IMG/VR virus record: IMGVR_UViG_3300024255_001563
Span: 128,001-192,000 of that record
DNA length: 64,000 nucleotides
Direction: 5' to 3' (one strand)
DNA from: a virus
Taxonomy: Duplodnaviria > Caudoviricetes
The position numbers and the translations under genes are program-made. Below, piece by piece: positions 10,777 to 21,274 of the stretch (within the stretch, counting starts at the first letter, position 1; every line of letters starts with the position of its first letter). Under the pieces are notes generated by a model. The model had not been told where the DNA came from and did not search any database. It was given only the letters and a program-made list of their open reading frames with translations.

Positions 10777-10805
10777 TTGACATAATTATTAACTGAGTAT
10801 ATAAT
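10777..10805 (+). promoter_or_regulatory. Sigma70-type (early) promoter, perfect consensus
   Basis: TTGACA (10777-10782), 17 nt spacer, TATAAT (10800-10805); RBS GGAG before 10830. Confidence 0.85.
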
Positions 10806-10829
10806 TAATAGTATACTTGGAGATTTCGT

Positions 10830-11177
10830 ATGGATGAAAGATTAGCAAAAGCATTAGAGTTTTCGAATTACATGACAACTCTAAATAATCAAAAACGCAT
10901 TATAAGAGAACAATTTTTAGAAGATTGTGTTCATTATATTAATGGTGGTAAATTTGCAGTTAACAGAGAATTGATTACATTTTGTCAAACACTTGTAAAT
11001 AATCAACAACCTACTGCGGTACTCATTGATGATAACGAAACGCCTATTGAAGTAACAGATTTGAAAAAGTTTCTAGACGACATTCTTGATATTTATTTTA
11101 CTACAACTAATCAGTATTTAGACAAATACAACGAGATAAAAACAAATAGGACAATTGAAGGTTTAATTAACATATGA
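10830..11177 (+). CDS. Hypothetical protein (115 aa)
   Basis: RBS GGAG; ATGA overlap with the next gene. Confidence 0.7.
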   Translation: MDERLAKALEFSNYMTTLNNQKRIIREQFLEDCVHYINGGKFAVNRELITFCQTLVNNQQPTAVLIDDNETPIEVTDLKKFLDDILDIYFTTTNQYLDKYNEIKTNRTIEGLINI

Positions 11178-12028
11178 GTCGCGGCGTACTTTTATTTGCG
11201 CAAAACAATCATACTATTGACTATATTAAACAAGCACTATTTTGCGCAAAGAAAATTAAAAAACATTTAGGACTATCAGTAACTATTGCTACAGATACGC
11301 CTAAGTACCTTTATGAAAAATATCCATACTATTCTAAATATATTGATAATGTAATAAATTTAGATTGGGAAGAATGTTCGCAAAAGCGTGTCTATCAAGA
11401 CGGTACTATGAGTAACAGAAACTTAGAGTGGAGAAATCACAATAGAACAACAGTGTATGACATTACGCCATACGACGAAACTATTGTAATGGACACTGAC
11501 TTTATAATAGGCAATAATCAGTTGTTGCATACATTTGACACTGCTGAAGATTTTTTAATTGTTAAAGATATTACAGATGTTAACCCGGAAAGAAATACTT
11601 CATTTAATAAAATTAGTGATAGAAGTATTGACATGTACTGGGCAACATTATTTTATTTTAAAAAAACAGAACAAACAGAATTATTTTTTAATTTAGTTAC
11701 ACACATTAAAGAAAATTGGTTGTATTATAGATTAGTATATCAGATACCTGATAAGATGTACAGAAACGATTTTAGTTTTAGTATTGCTATACACCTTATG
11801 AATGGAAATCAAAAAACAAACTGGCCAAAACAGCCGCCAGGCAATCTTTGGTTTACTACTGATATGGATGTCTTAATAAAAATGGAAGACGAAGATTATG
11901 TGTTTCTATTAGACAAAAAAGACTGGAAAGGACATTATATTGCTGCATCTGTAAAGGATGCTAGTATACATATTATGAACAAGTTTAGTCTTGATAGAGC
12001 AATTAGTGAGGTGTTAAAAAATGAGTAA
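11174..12028 (+). CDS. GT-A fold glycosyltransferase-like protein (GT8-like), paralogue 1
   Basis: 'TPYDETIVMDTDF' DxD motif; 'RNDFSFSIA' motif; paralogous to the next ORF. Confidence 0.65.
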   Translation: MSRGVLLFAQNNHTIDYIKQALFCAKKIKKHLGLSVTIATDTPKYLYEKYPYYSKYIDNVINLDWEECSQKRVYQDGTMSNRNLEWRNHNRTTVYDITPYDETIVMDTDFIIGNNQLLHTFDTAEDFLIVKDITDVNPERNTSFNKISDRSIDMYWATLFYFKKTEQTELFFNLVTHIKENWLYYRLVYQIPDKMYRNDFSFSIAIHLMNGNQKTNWPKQPPGNLWFTTDMDVLIKMEDEDYVFLLDKKDWKGHYIAASVKDASIHIMNKFSLDRAISEVLKNE

Positions 12029-12860
12029 AGGATTTTGTTTACTTGCACAAAACAATAGCACAACAGATTATGTTCGCCAGGCATATGCTCTCGCCTTAAG
12101 TTTACACAAGTACAATCGTAATCAAAAAATTAGTCTTATTACAAATGACACAATTCCAAAAGAATGGCAAAAAGTGTTTGATCAGATTATTCCGATTCCG
12201 TGGACAGATAGTGCAGAAACTAGTAACTGGAAAATAGAAAATCGTTGGAAAGTTTATCATGCTAGTCCGTACGAGCAAACGATTGTATTGGAAGCAGACA
12301 TGCTTATACTAAGTGACATAACGCACTGGTGGAAAGAGCTAGATAAGTATGAATTGTTTTTTACTAGCAATGTACAAACGTATAGACAAGAAACAGTAAC
12401 TTCTCGGTATTATAGAAAAACATTTGATGCTAATAACCTTCCTAATCTATATAGCGCATTACATTATTTTAAAAAAGGCAATACTGCAAAAGAATTCTAT
12501 ACACTACTAGAGATTATAGTTAATAACTGGGAATTATTTTACAGTAAATATGCAAAAGAGCGTTATCAAAAATGGTGCAGTATCGATTTGTGTGCAGCAA
12601 TTGCTAGTAAAATTTTAGGCAATGAAAAACAAATAACAAATGCAGATAGTTATATAACGTTTACCCACATGAAGACGCATACACAAGCTTGGCAATATGT
12701 TCCTGAACAATGGACTAATGTAATAGGAAAGTACTATCGAAATGATGGAAGTTTAGTGTTAGGTAATTTTGCACAAACCGGAATACTTCATTACGTAGAA
12801 GACAATTTTTTAACAGATAAAATAATAGAGAAATTAAAAGATGCAAAAGTATTATCTTAA
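12021..12860 (+). CDS. GT-A fold glycosyltransferase-like protein (GT8-like), paralogue 2
   Basis: 'SPYEQTIVLEADML' (ExD at the DxD position); 'NLYSALHYFKK'; C-terminal 'GILHYV'. Confidence 0.65.
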   Translation: MSKGFCLLAQNNSTTDYVRQAYALALSLHKYNRNQKISLITNDTIPKEWQKVFDQIIPIPWTDSAETSNWKIENRWKVYHASPYEQTIVLEADMLILSDITHWWKELDKYELFFTSNVQTYRQETVTSRYYRKTFDANNLPNLYSALHYFKKGNTAKEFYTLLEIIVNNWELFYSKYAKERYQKWCSIDLCAAIASKILGNEKQITNADSYITFTHMKTHTQAWQYVPEQWTNVIGKYYRNDGSLVLGNFAQTGILHYVEDNFLTDKIIEKLKDAKVLS

Positions 12861-13407
12861 CTTTAGAGAAGACGGTACAATTTTAAAAGTTGGCAATGTA
12901 CTTGACGAGTCTTCCTTATACATAGAAATAGAAAAATATTTAGTACAAGATTTTGCAAATTGTAAAAAAGAGTTTAAAGACTATCTTGTAGTCCCAAGCG
13001 ATTCTGCAGATGCAAACTATGTAATGAAATTTAGGCATACATCATTAGAAGACTTTGATGTTGACAGAAGTATTTTACAATTGTCTAAAACTCTTATTAG
13101 CGAAAGACTAAACTTTATTATTCTACAAGACCCTAGAAACGGAGTATGGAAAGCAAAATTAACAGACGATTTAAAATCTTTGTTAACAAGCACATCATAT
13201 TATAAAGATAAATCGCATACACTATTTGTCACAGACGAAGATGATCCTAATGTATTACTTGACACACTAGTTGTTGAGTTTTCTGAATTGCTTTATAAAG
13301 ACGAGTGCATAATAAAAAATACTAATAAAGAGGTTGCTCAGAGGACTGATGTGAGTGTATACTGTGGTAAGGTCTTTGAAAATTATAGTCATATTATGGA
13401 GAACTAA
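12841..13407 (+). CDS. Hypothetical protein (188 aa)
   Basis: Intact ORF overlapping both neighbours. Confidence 0.65.
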   Translation: MQKYYLNFREDGTILKVGNVLDESSLYIEIEKYLVQDFANCKKEFKDYLVVPSDSADANYVMKFRHTSLEDFDVDRSILQLSKTLISERLNFIILQDPRNGVWKAKLTDDLKSLLTSTSYYKDKSHTLFVTDEDDPNVLLDTLVVEFSELLYKDECIIKNTNKEVAQRTDVSVYCGKVFENYSHIMEN

Positions 13408-14306
13408 TGCCTAATAAAATTAAAATAATTGATCAAGATATTATCTTTCTTAGTTACGACGAGCCTAACGCAGAAAAAAATTATGCAGACTTGTGTAGTA
13501 AAGTACCGTGGGCAAAACGTGTGCATGGTGTACACGGCAGTGATGCAGCTCACAAAGCTTGTGCAGATTTAAGTGAAACAGAATACTTTGTTACTGTAGA
13601 TGCAGATAATATTGTTGATCCAGAGTTTTTAAATCAAGTAGTTGATTACGAATCGTTAGGGCTGTCAGCAGACCATGTGTTTAGTTGGTGCGGTAAGTTA
13701 CATGTTAACGGACTAATGTACGGCAACGGCGGATTAAAAATGTGGACACGTAAGTTTGTACACAATATGAAGACACATGAACATTCAGAAGACGGCGACG
13801 AACGCGGCAAAGTAGAATTTTGCTTTGACGACAAGTACTATCAGTTCAACGAAAACTTTAGTGTATCCTACACAAACGAAACACCTTGGCAAGCCTGGCG
13901 AGCTGGATTTAGAGAAGGTGTTAAGATGAGTTTGGATCAAGGTGCTAAAGTAGAAGACTTGCGTAAAGTATGGTGGCAAAACTATGATAGGCTTTTAATA
14001 TGGAGTCAAGTAGGTGCTGATGTTAAAAATGGTATATGGAGTATACTAGGCGCACGACAAGGTTGTTATCTAACAAACTGTACACCATGGGACTATGCTA
14101 ACGTGCGTGACTTTGAATGGCTAAACAACTTTTGGGAAACAGAAGTAAAAGATGTTGATCCAAAAGAAGAAGCAGAACGTTTAGGTTTAGAAATACTTAA
14201 AGGTACCGGAGTTGATATTTCTACTAAACCTTTAGACGCAGAACAAAGCAAATTTTTTAAACAAGTCTATCAAAATAGTGCAAGGATACTAAGAAGAGCA
14301 AAATGA
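13407..14306 (+). CDS. GT-A (GT2-like) glycosyltransferase (299 aa)
   Basis: 'IIFLSYDEPNA...AAHKACA...YFVTVDADN' DxD motif; paralogous to the C-terminal domain of 22598-24532. Confidence 0.7.
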   Translation: MPNKIKIIDQDIIFLSYDEPNAEKNYADLCSKVPWAKRVHGVHGSDAAHKACADLSETEYFVTVDADNIVDPEFLNQVVDYESLGLSADHVFSWCGKLHVNGLMYGNGGLKMWTRKFVHNMKTHEHSEDGDERGKVEFCFDDKYYQFNENFSVSYTNETPWQAWRAGFREGVKMSLDQGAKVEDLRKVWWQNYDRLLIWSQVGADVKNGIWSILGARQGCYLTNCTPWDYANVRDFEWLNNFWETEVKDVDPKEEAERLGLEILKGTGVDISTKPLDAEQSKFFKQVYQNSARILRRAK

Positions 14307-14800
14307 ATTTAAATGTAAAAAAATTTAAAGCGTCAATTGACAACTTTTTTGGCTGGGTAAAGAAAACAGAACTAGTAGAGCTAGATGATATTGATGTAAC
14401 AGAAGATCCAGTACGTCCAGAGCTTGATGTAGAATGGCGTACTAGTTATGGACGTAAGATATACGGACTAAAGCACGAAAATGAAATTGAAGGTATTATC
14501 TGCATTGCATATACTAATGATGTACCTAAAAGTGTAAAAGAGTTAGACTTAATGAGTCAAAATGCTCATTTTAAAAATGATGTTAATACGGCAGTTGCTT
14601 ATACAGTATGGAGTCGTAAGCGTGGCGCTGGTAAAGAGATAATACACAAAATAGGCGACTTAATGAAGTCTCGTGATGATATTGAAACACTAGTAACCCT
14701 ATCACCGTTAACGCCAATGGCAACACACTTTCACATACGTAATGGTGCAAAACAAATTGCTATTAGCAATACAACACAGAATTTTAAATATACATTATGA
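14303..14800 (+). CDS. GNAT-like acetyltransferase-fold protein (165 aa)
   Basis: 'AVAYTVWSRKRGAGKEII' resembles GNAT motif A (RxxGxG/A). Confidence 0.45.
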   Translation: MNLNVKKFKASIDNFFGWVKKTELVELDDIDVTEDPVRPELDVEWRTSYGRKIYGLKHENEIEGIICIAYTNDVPKSVKELDLMSQNAHFKNDVNTAVAYTVWSRKRGAGKEIIHKIGDLMKSRDDIETLVTLSPLTPMATHFHIRNGAKQIAISNTTQNFKYTL

Positions 14801-16179
14801 GTAATGAACAGCGTATACAAGTACTAGAAGAAAAACGTGAAAAGATAAACAATGTAAGTTGTTCATTCTGTACGGCTAAATGGTTACAAACTACGCTACT
14901 ATTACAAAACGGTTACAATCACAGTTGTCATCATCCTGCTCCACATAAGATTCCGTTGCACGAAATTGAAGCAAATCCAGCGGCACTACACAACAGTAAG
15001 TTTAAAAAAGAACAACGTGCTAAGATGCTTAAAGGTGAGCGTCCTAAGGAGTGCGGATACTGTTGGAAAATTGAAGACTTAGATAAAAACTATTTTAGTG
15101 ATAGACATTATAAAACAAGTGACTCTTGGGCCTGGGATAGATTTGAAGATATTGCTAAAAGCAATCCACAAGACGATGTGTACCCAAGTTACTTAGAAGT
15201 ATCATTTAGTAATGCTTGTAACTTTGCTTGTGCATACTGTTCACCTGAGATTAGTAGCAAGTGGATGGAAGACGTAAAGCAACACGGAGAATATCCAACC
15301 AAGCACGGTTCGCATAATCTAGACTATTTAAAAGAGTCTGGTAAGATGCCAATACCTAATAGAGAACATAATCCTTATGTAGAAGCATTTTGGAAATGGT
15401 TTCCTGATGCATTACCGCATTTAAAAGTGTTGCGTATCACAGGCGGCGAGCCTACTATGTCAAAAGATACCTGGAAGCTTCTAGATTATCTAATAGAAAA
15501 TCCACGCAAAGGTTTAGACATTTCCATTAATACAAACGGATGTGTAGAAGATAAACTAATTGACAAACTAATTTTAAAAGTTAACAAACTTGCAAAAGTA
15601 GGAGTTAAAGTTGACATATACACTAGTCTTGAAAGCACAGGCCGCCAGGCGGAATATGCTAGAGACGGATTAGTATACTATGATTGGGTTAAAAACATAG
15701 AGCGTTTGCTTTCTGAAACAAAAAGCACAGTTGCAATTATGACAACAATTAACATTCTTAGCTTGCCTACATTCGTCGACTTTATTATGACGGTAATGGA
15801 TTTGCGTAAACTTTATAATACTAGTTTTGAGTGTAATAGAGTGCCGTTGAGTATTAATATTATGCATTGGCCTCCGCATCTTCAATGTACTTTGCTCGAT
15901 AAAGAACAACGTGTAAAGACTGCTAACACTATTGAAACACTTTGCAAAAGTTGGTTAAAATATTATACTAAAGAAAAGTATGCTAGAATATATTTAGAAG
16001 AGTTTGATCAAATACAAAGATTTTGTGATTATTTAAGAACCTCAGAACCAACAGTGGAACACAGAGAAGACTTTGTAAGATACATACAAGCGTACGACAA
16101 AAGAAGAAATAAAGATTTTGCAGAAATATTTCCACAGTATACACATTTATTAGAGGAATGGAATGCCAAAGAAGACTGA
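14797..16179 (+). CDS. Radical SAM protein with N-terminal Cys/His-rich auxiliary domain (type A')
   Basis: CNFACAYC; TGGEP; N-terminal 'FCTAKW...SCHHP...ECGYCW'. Confidence 0.9.
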   Translation: MSNEQRIQVLEEKREKINNVSCSFCTAKWLQTTLLLQNGYNHSCHHPAPHKIPLHEIEANPAALHNSKFKKEQRAKMLKGERPKECGYCWKIEDLDKNYFSDRHYKTSDSWAWDRFEDIAKSNPQDDVYPSYLEVSFSNACNFACAYCSPEISSKWMEDVKQHGEYPTKHGSHNLDYLKESGKMPIPNREHNPYVEAFWKWFPDALPHLKVLRITGGEPTMSKDTWKLLDYLIENPRKGLDISINTNGCVEDKLIDKLILKVNKLAKVGVKVDIYTSLESTGRQAEYARDGLVYYDWVKNIERLLSETKSTVAIMTTINILSLPTFVDFIMTVMDLRKLYNTSFECNRVPLSINIMHWPPHLQCTLLDKEQRVKTANTIETLCKSWLKYYTKEKYARIYLEEFDQIQRFCDYLRTSEPTVEHREDFVRYIQAYDKRRNKDFAEIFPQYTHLLEEWNAKED

Positions 16180-17611
16180 TGAAACGTTACAACAGTATCG
16201 TGATAGAGTATTAGACAATAAAAGTAAGAGTTTCTGCGGAGCCAAGTGGTTTAACGCTACTACCTGGCTTGGTAGTGGTACAACTGCTAGTTGTCATCAC
16301 CCGCCTGCACATAAAATTCCATTAGTAGAAGTAGAAGCAGACTACACTGCTATTCATAATACCAAGCATAAAAAAGAAATGCGCCGCCAAATGCAGACAG
16401 GTGAACGCCCAGCTGAGTGCGAGTATTGTTGGAAAATGGAAGATATGAAAAAGGATGCTGTCAGTGACAGAACCTTTAAAAGCATTATCTATTCTGATGA
16501 AGAGTTACAACGTGCATATGATATGGATCATCATGAGAATGTTAATCTAAAAACATTTGAGATTGCTTTTGATAGAACGTGTAACTTAGCATGTAGTTAT
16601 TGCAATGCAAGTTTCTCAACTACGTGGGCTAAAGATATTAAAAAGAATGGCGAGTACACAAACTTAGTAAGTGATGGCGCTGGTGCATTTAGACAAGACG
16701 GCAGTTGGACACAACCTTACAAAGATGATGACGATAATCCTTACATTCAAGCGTTTTGGAAATGGTGGGATAATGGTTTAGCAGACAGTTTAGAGGAACT
16801 GCGTATCACTGGCGGCGAACCTTTAATGAGCGGAAACACTTGGAAGTTGTTTGATTGGTTTAATAAGCAAGATTCAGATATGCGTTTTGCAATTAATAGC
16901 AATCTAATTGCTAAAGATGCTATTATAGACAAGCTAATTGAGAAAACACAAGGTATGAATCACTTTGAGTTGTATACTAGTTGTGAAGCAGTAGGTGCTC
17001 AAGCAGATTATATTCGTGACGGACTAGATTATGACGAATGGACTAAAAATATTAAACGTATACTAACAGAAGCAAATACTAAAGGCGTACACATTATGAT
17101 GACTATTAACAGTCTTTGCTTGTTTAGTATTACAGAATTCTTAGATGATGTTTACAAACTAAAAGAGCTCACACAAAGTAGAACGCCAACTGTAAGTTTA
17201 AACTTATTACGCTTTCCGAGTTTTCAATCACCGCTGGCATTGCCTAATCATATTAAGGATCATTGCCATAATAAATTGTCAACATGGTATGAAGCTAACA
17301 AAGACAAGCCGGGCTGGAGTGAGTTTGAAAAAGCAAGTATTGAACGTTTAATAGATTACTTGGTAACTGTAGATGCTCCGCATAGACGTACAAGTAACCC
17401 TACTACACTATGGCGTGATTTTAAAACATTCTATGCACAGTATGATGTACGTAGAAACAAAAGCCTAAGTGTATTTCCTAAAATACTAACAGACTGGGTC
17501 GATAGTATTCCAGATACTGATGCAAGCATTATGGAACTTGCAGAAAAAGAAGGTTGGATATTAAAACCTGATAATAAAAACATAGAAATACCTTTGGCAA
17601 CGTATGACTGA
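16163..17611 (+). CDS. Radical SAM protein, type A' paralogue
   Basis: CNLACSYC; TGGEP; N-terminal 'FCGAKW...SCHHP...ECEYCW'. Confidence 0.9.
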   Translation: MPKKTDETLQQYRDRVLDNKSKSFCGAKWFNATTWLGSGTTASCHHPPAHKIPLVEVEADYTAIHNTKHKKEMRRQMQTGERPAECEYCWKMEDMKKDAVSDRTFKSIIYSDEELQRAYDMDHHENVNLKTFEIAFDRTCNLACSYCNASFSTTWAKDIKKNGEYTNLVSDGAGAFRQDGSWTQPYKDDDDNPYIQAFWKWWDNGLADSLEELRITGGEPLMSGNTWKLFDWFNKQDSDMRFAINSNLIAKDAIIDKLIEKTQGMNHFELYTSCEAVGAQADYIRDGLDYDEWTKNIKRILTEANTKGVHIMMTINSLCLFSITEFLDDVYKLKELTQSRTPTVSLNLLRFPSFQSPLALPNHIKDHCHNKLSTWYEANKDKPGWSEFEKASIERLIDYLVTVDAPHRRTSNPTTLWRDFKTFYAQYDVRRNKSLSVFPKILTDWVDSIPDTDASIMELAEKEGWILKPDNKNIEIPLATYD

Positions 17612-18914
17612 TAAAATTGGACCTTACTTTTGCACAGCACCCTGGACACATACTTACGTTAGCCCGCAAGGCGAGCGTAGGTTGTGTTGTGCTAGTAGAG
17701 AAGATGCAAGTTTTCAAAAGCAGTATATAGATGCAGGTGATAAAGACAACACTGAATTTGATCCAATAACACTCGAAGAACATTGGAACAGCGATTATAT
17801 GAAAGATATTCGTAAGCGTATGTTAGCCGGAGAAAAACTAAGCCAGTGCGATGTGTGTAATAATCAAGTATTAAATTTACATACATACAAAAACTATTTT
17901 ACTAATACACTATTTCCGCACAAAGTCGAAGACATAATAGCTAGTACAAAAGAAGACGGCTACACAACTATGCAACCAATTAGTTTTGATTATCGTATAA
18001 GCAATCTTTGTAATTTTAAATGTCGCATGTGCGGTGAACAACTTAGTTCAAGTTGGGAAACTGAAAAGATTAAACATAATGTAGTTAACTACAAACGTGA
18101 AAAATGGATGCAACCAGACACACGAAAGAAGATTGCTACATTTCAAAAAGAAGTTCTCGAAACAGAACTACAAACAGCAGTTGACAAAGGCATTGTAGAG
18201 GAGTTATACTGGGTAGGCGGCGAGCCACTTATGTATGATATACATTGGCGTATTATGCAACAGCTAGTAGACGAAGAAAAAAGCCAAGACGTAGTTGTAC
18301 GTTATAATACAAACTTGAGCAGAACACACTACAAGAATTATAAACTGTACGACATGCTAGATAACTTCAAACGTGTTAACCTTTGTGCTAGTATAGACGG
18401 GGTAGGCGAAGTCGGCGAATACATTAGAACAGGACTCAAATGGGACGAGTGGCTACAAAACTTCAAAGATGGCATGTTTCTTATCAATAAGTATGGAGAC
18501 GATGCATTAGTATTTGATGTTACACTAACAACTCCGGGATTGTTTGATTTGAAACGTATGTTTGATGTAGTTACAGAATTAGATGTTAAGAGTTACTTTA
18601 AAATTACATTTGCATTTGACCCTAGTGTTCTAATGAGTCCTATGTGTTTGCCAAGAGAAGTATTAGATGAGCAAATACACAAACTACTAGACTACATTAA
18701 GCCTAGAGTTACACACAAAACTCGTGTGTACCAAGAAACATTAGAAAACATGCTTGAACGCAAAACGTTTGAAGAAGAATACACTGACTATAAAGATGGT
18801 TGGAGACGAGGTAAAAAGAATATAATGTTTATAGAAAGCATCAGAACGCAAGACGTTACATTTAGAGACACTCTTAGTGACGCAGGTAAAGAATGGTGGG
18901 ATAGCATTGAGTAA
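17604..18914 (+). CDS. Radical SAM protein with N-terminal twitch/SPASM-like domain (type A)
   Basis: CNFKCRMC; VGGEP; N-terminal 'FCTAPWTH...LCC...QCDVC'. Confidence 0.9.
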   Translation: MTDKIGPYFCTAPWTHTYVSPQGERRLCCASREDASFQKQYIDAGDKDNTEFDPITLEEHWNSDYMKDIRKRMLAGEKLSQCDVCNNQVLNLHTYKNYFTNTLFPHKVEDIIASTKEDGYTTMQPISFDYRISNLCNFKCRMCGEQLSSSWETEKIKHNVVNYKREKWMQPDTRKKIATFQKEVLETELQTAVDKGIVEELYWVGGEPLMYDIHWRIMQQLVDEEKSQDVVVRYNTNLSRTHYKNYKLYDMLDNFKRVNLCASIDGVGEVGEYIRTGLKWDEWLQNFKDGMFLINKYGDDALVFDVTLTTPGLFDLKRMFDVVTELDVKSYFKITFAFDPSVLMSPMCLPREVLDEQIHKLLDYIKPRVTHKTRVYQETLENMLERKTFEEEYTDYKDGWRRGKKNIMFIESIRTQDVTFRDTLSDAGKEWWDSIE

Positions 18915-20094
18915 TACATTTTGCCCTTTACCGTGGACACACTTAGCAACACATCCGCACGGTAGTGTTACACTTTGCTGTGAAAGCGATATGACGAATC
19001 GTGCAAGCGAATCTCAAAATTTACCACGTGAATTTATCACACTGCACAACTCAGAGTATGATTTTAAAAAAATAATGAACTCAGACTTGTTTAAACAAGT
19101 GCGCAAAGACATGCTAGAAGGTAAACAGCCAGCACCTTGTACAAAGTGTTACAAACTAGAAACACTAGGCAATCAAAGCAAACGTACCCGAGACACAGAG
19201 TTGCTGGACTTTAGCATAGAAGATGCACAGCGTATTACACAAACAGACGGCACACTAGATGAAGTTAACTTTGAGTTTATTGAACTGCGACTAGGCAATA
19301 TTTGCAACCTAGCATGTCGCAGTTGCAATCCACAGAGCAGTTCAAAATGGAAGAGCGACTGGGAAAAACTAAATGAGCGTAAATTTGATATGCCACAAAG
19401 CATGTTTGATTGGCCCTTAGATGAACGCTTTTGGGTAAGTCTAGCAGAACATTGTAATAACACACGCAAAGTATACATTAACGGCGGCGAACCTCTGCTA
19501 GTAGACAAGCACATGCGCTTCTTAGAGTTTTTGATTACCAAAGATTTGGCTAAGAATATTACACTAGTATACAGTACCAACAGTACAATCATAAACGACA
19601 AGTACGTTAACTTGTGGAACAAGTTTAAGCAGGTTGAGTTTATGGTGAGTATTGATTGTTTAGAAGACCGCAATAATTATTTGCGTCATCCTGCTAAGTG
19701 GAATAATATAATAGAAGCATTTGATTGGTTACATAGCTTAGGACATAAAAGTTATGTGTTACAAACAGTAAGTGTAATGAACATATACTATATCAAAGAG
19801 TTTTGGGAGTTCTTTAGAAGCAAGGGTGTTAATGTATCACATAATATGGTACATCATCCTAACTATTACAGTGCAGCAAATGCGCCTCAACATGCCAAAC
19901 AAGCAGTATTAGACAAGATTGTCGGCATGCCGTTCTATGGTAGTATAAATAATTTTTTAAGTCAAGAATCAAACACACTAGCATTTGAACAGTTCTTCAA
20001 AGAGAACGAAAGACTAGATGCTATACGTAAACAGAGTTACGCAGAGACGTTTAAAGAGTGGCACAACATAATAAAGGCAAACAATGACAGATAA
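18907..20094 (+). CDS. Radical SAM protein, type A
   Basis: CNLACRSC; NGGEP; 'FCPLPWTH...LCC...PCTKC'. TTG start at 18907 is preferred (8-nt overlap like the neighbours) over 18877. Confidence 0.9.
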   Translation: MSNTFCPLPWTHLATHPHGSVTLCCESDMTNRASESQNLPREFITLHNSEYDFKKIMNSDLFKQVRKDMLEGKQPAPCTKCYKLETLGNQSKRTRDTELLDFSIEDAQRITQTDGTLDEVNFEFIELRLGNICNLACRSCNPQSSSKWKSDWEKLNERKFDMPQSMFDWPLDERFWVSLAEHCNNTRKVYINGGEPLLVDKHMRFLEFLITKDLAKNITLVYSTNSTIINDKYVNLWNKFKQVEFMVSIDCLEDRNNYLRHPAKWNNIIEAFDWLHSLGHKSYVLQTVSVMNIYYIKEFWEFFRSKGVNVSHNMVHHPNYYSAANAPQHAKQAVLDKIVGMPFYGSINNFLSQESNTLAFEQFFKENERLDAIRKQSYAETFKEWHNIIKANNDR

Positions 20095-21274
20095 ATTATG
20101 CGCTGCACCGTGGGTGCATCTACACACATTTCCGAGTGGGCAAGTTTATCCTTGTTGCCTTACACCTATGGAATTTCCTGTAGGAAATCTAAATAACCAA
20201 TCCTTAGAAGAAGTTTGGAATAACGAAAAAATACGTAATATTCGTAAACAAATGATTGCAGGTATAGAGCCAGAAAGCTGTAAACGATGCTTCGAACAAG
20301 AAAAACACGGCAAAGATAGCTTTAGAGAGCATATGAATCAAACGTTTCCAAATTATGAAAATCTAATACAAACCACCGCTGCTGACGGTTCGTTAGATAA
20401 TATGGATCTTCGTTATTGGGATTTTAGATTTTCAAACATTTGTAATATGAAATGCAGAAGCTGCGGACCTCAACTTAGCACCGGTTGGTATGAAGATACT
20501 AAAAAGATATGGGGCAGTCTTCCTAACGATATACCTGATAAAATTAAGCAATTTGATTTATGGGACCAAATTCTTCCGTTTTTTGATACTGTAGAAGAGA
20601 TTTATTTTGCAGGCGGCGAGCCTCTTATAATGGAAGAACATTATAGAATTTTAAAAAAGTTAGAAGAAATAGATAGGTATGACGTTCGTCTAAAGTATAA
20701 TACAAATTTTAGTCAGATGAAATACAAAAAGCTAGACGCTTTAGAAACATGGGCTAAGTTTAAAGATGTCGAAGTAGGTGCTAGTTTTGATGGCTACGGC
20801 AAACAAGCAGAATATATCCGAAAAGGAACTGATTGGGATCAAATCTATCAAAATAGGTTAAAACAAAAAGAAATAGCGCCTAATGTTAACTTTTTTGTAA
20901 ACTTTACATTAAGCGTAATGAATAGTTTGCATATTATTGATTTCCATCATTATGCAGTAGAGTCTAAATTAATAGATACCTACGATAATTTACATATTAA
21001 CTTTGTACATTCGCCTGAACATATGAGCTTACAAGCATTGCCGCCAAAGCTAAAAGAAACAGTAAAAGCAGCCTATAAAAAGCATATAAGTTTTTTAAAA
21101 GAAAATTTGCAGAATCGCTCCGCTGCTCAGTTTGAAAGTTCTATTAGTTTTATGGAATCAGAAGACAAATATATCTTAAATTCTAAATTTAAAGATTATA
21201 TGAAAACATTAGATGACATACGCAATGAGTCGTTTATAGACACGTTCCCGGAATTAAAAGAAATGCTTGAATGA
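20084..21274 (+). CDS. Radical SAM protein, type A
   Basis: CNMKCRSC; AGGEP; 'LCAAPWVH...PCC...SCKRC'. Confidence 0.9.
   Translation: MTDKLCAAPWVHLHTFPSGQVYPCCLTPMEFPVGNLNNQSLEEVWNNEKIRNIRKQMIAGIEPESCKRCFEQEKHGKDSFREHMNQTFPNYENLIQTTAADGSLDNMDLRYWDFRFSNICNMKCRSCGPQLSTGWYEDTKKIWGSLPNDIPDKIKQFDLWDQILPFFDTVEEIYFAGGEPLIMEEHYRILKKLEEIDRYDVRLKYNTNFSQMKYKKLDALETWAKFKDVEVGASFDGYGKQAEYIRKGTDWDQIYQNRLKQKEIAPNVNFFVNFTLSVMNSLHIIDFHHYAVESKLIDTYDNLHINFVHSPEHMSLQALPPKLKETVKAAYKKHISFLKENLQNRSAAQFESSISFMESEDKYILNSKFKDYMKTLDDIRNESFIDTFPELKEMLE

Noticed and set aside
70-10783. Short antisense/alternate-frame ORFs within structural genes (e.g. 376-735, 1993-2460, 5586-5957)
   Set aside because: They are shadow ORFs of long coding genes, with no RBS or recognisable motifs. 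The same applies to similar ORFs across the window (e.g. 19173-19673, 53609-54019, 54841-55215, 63366-63806).
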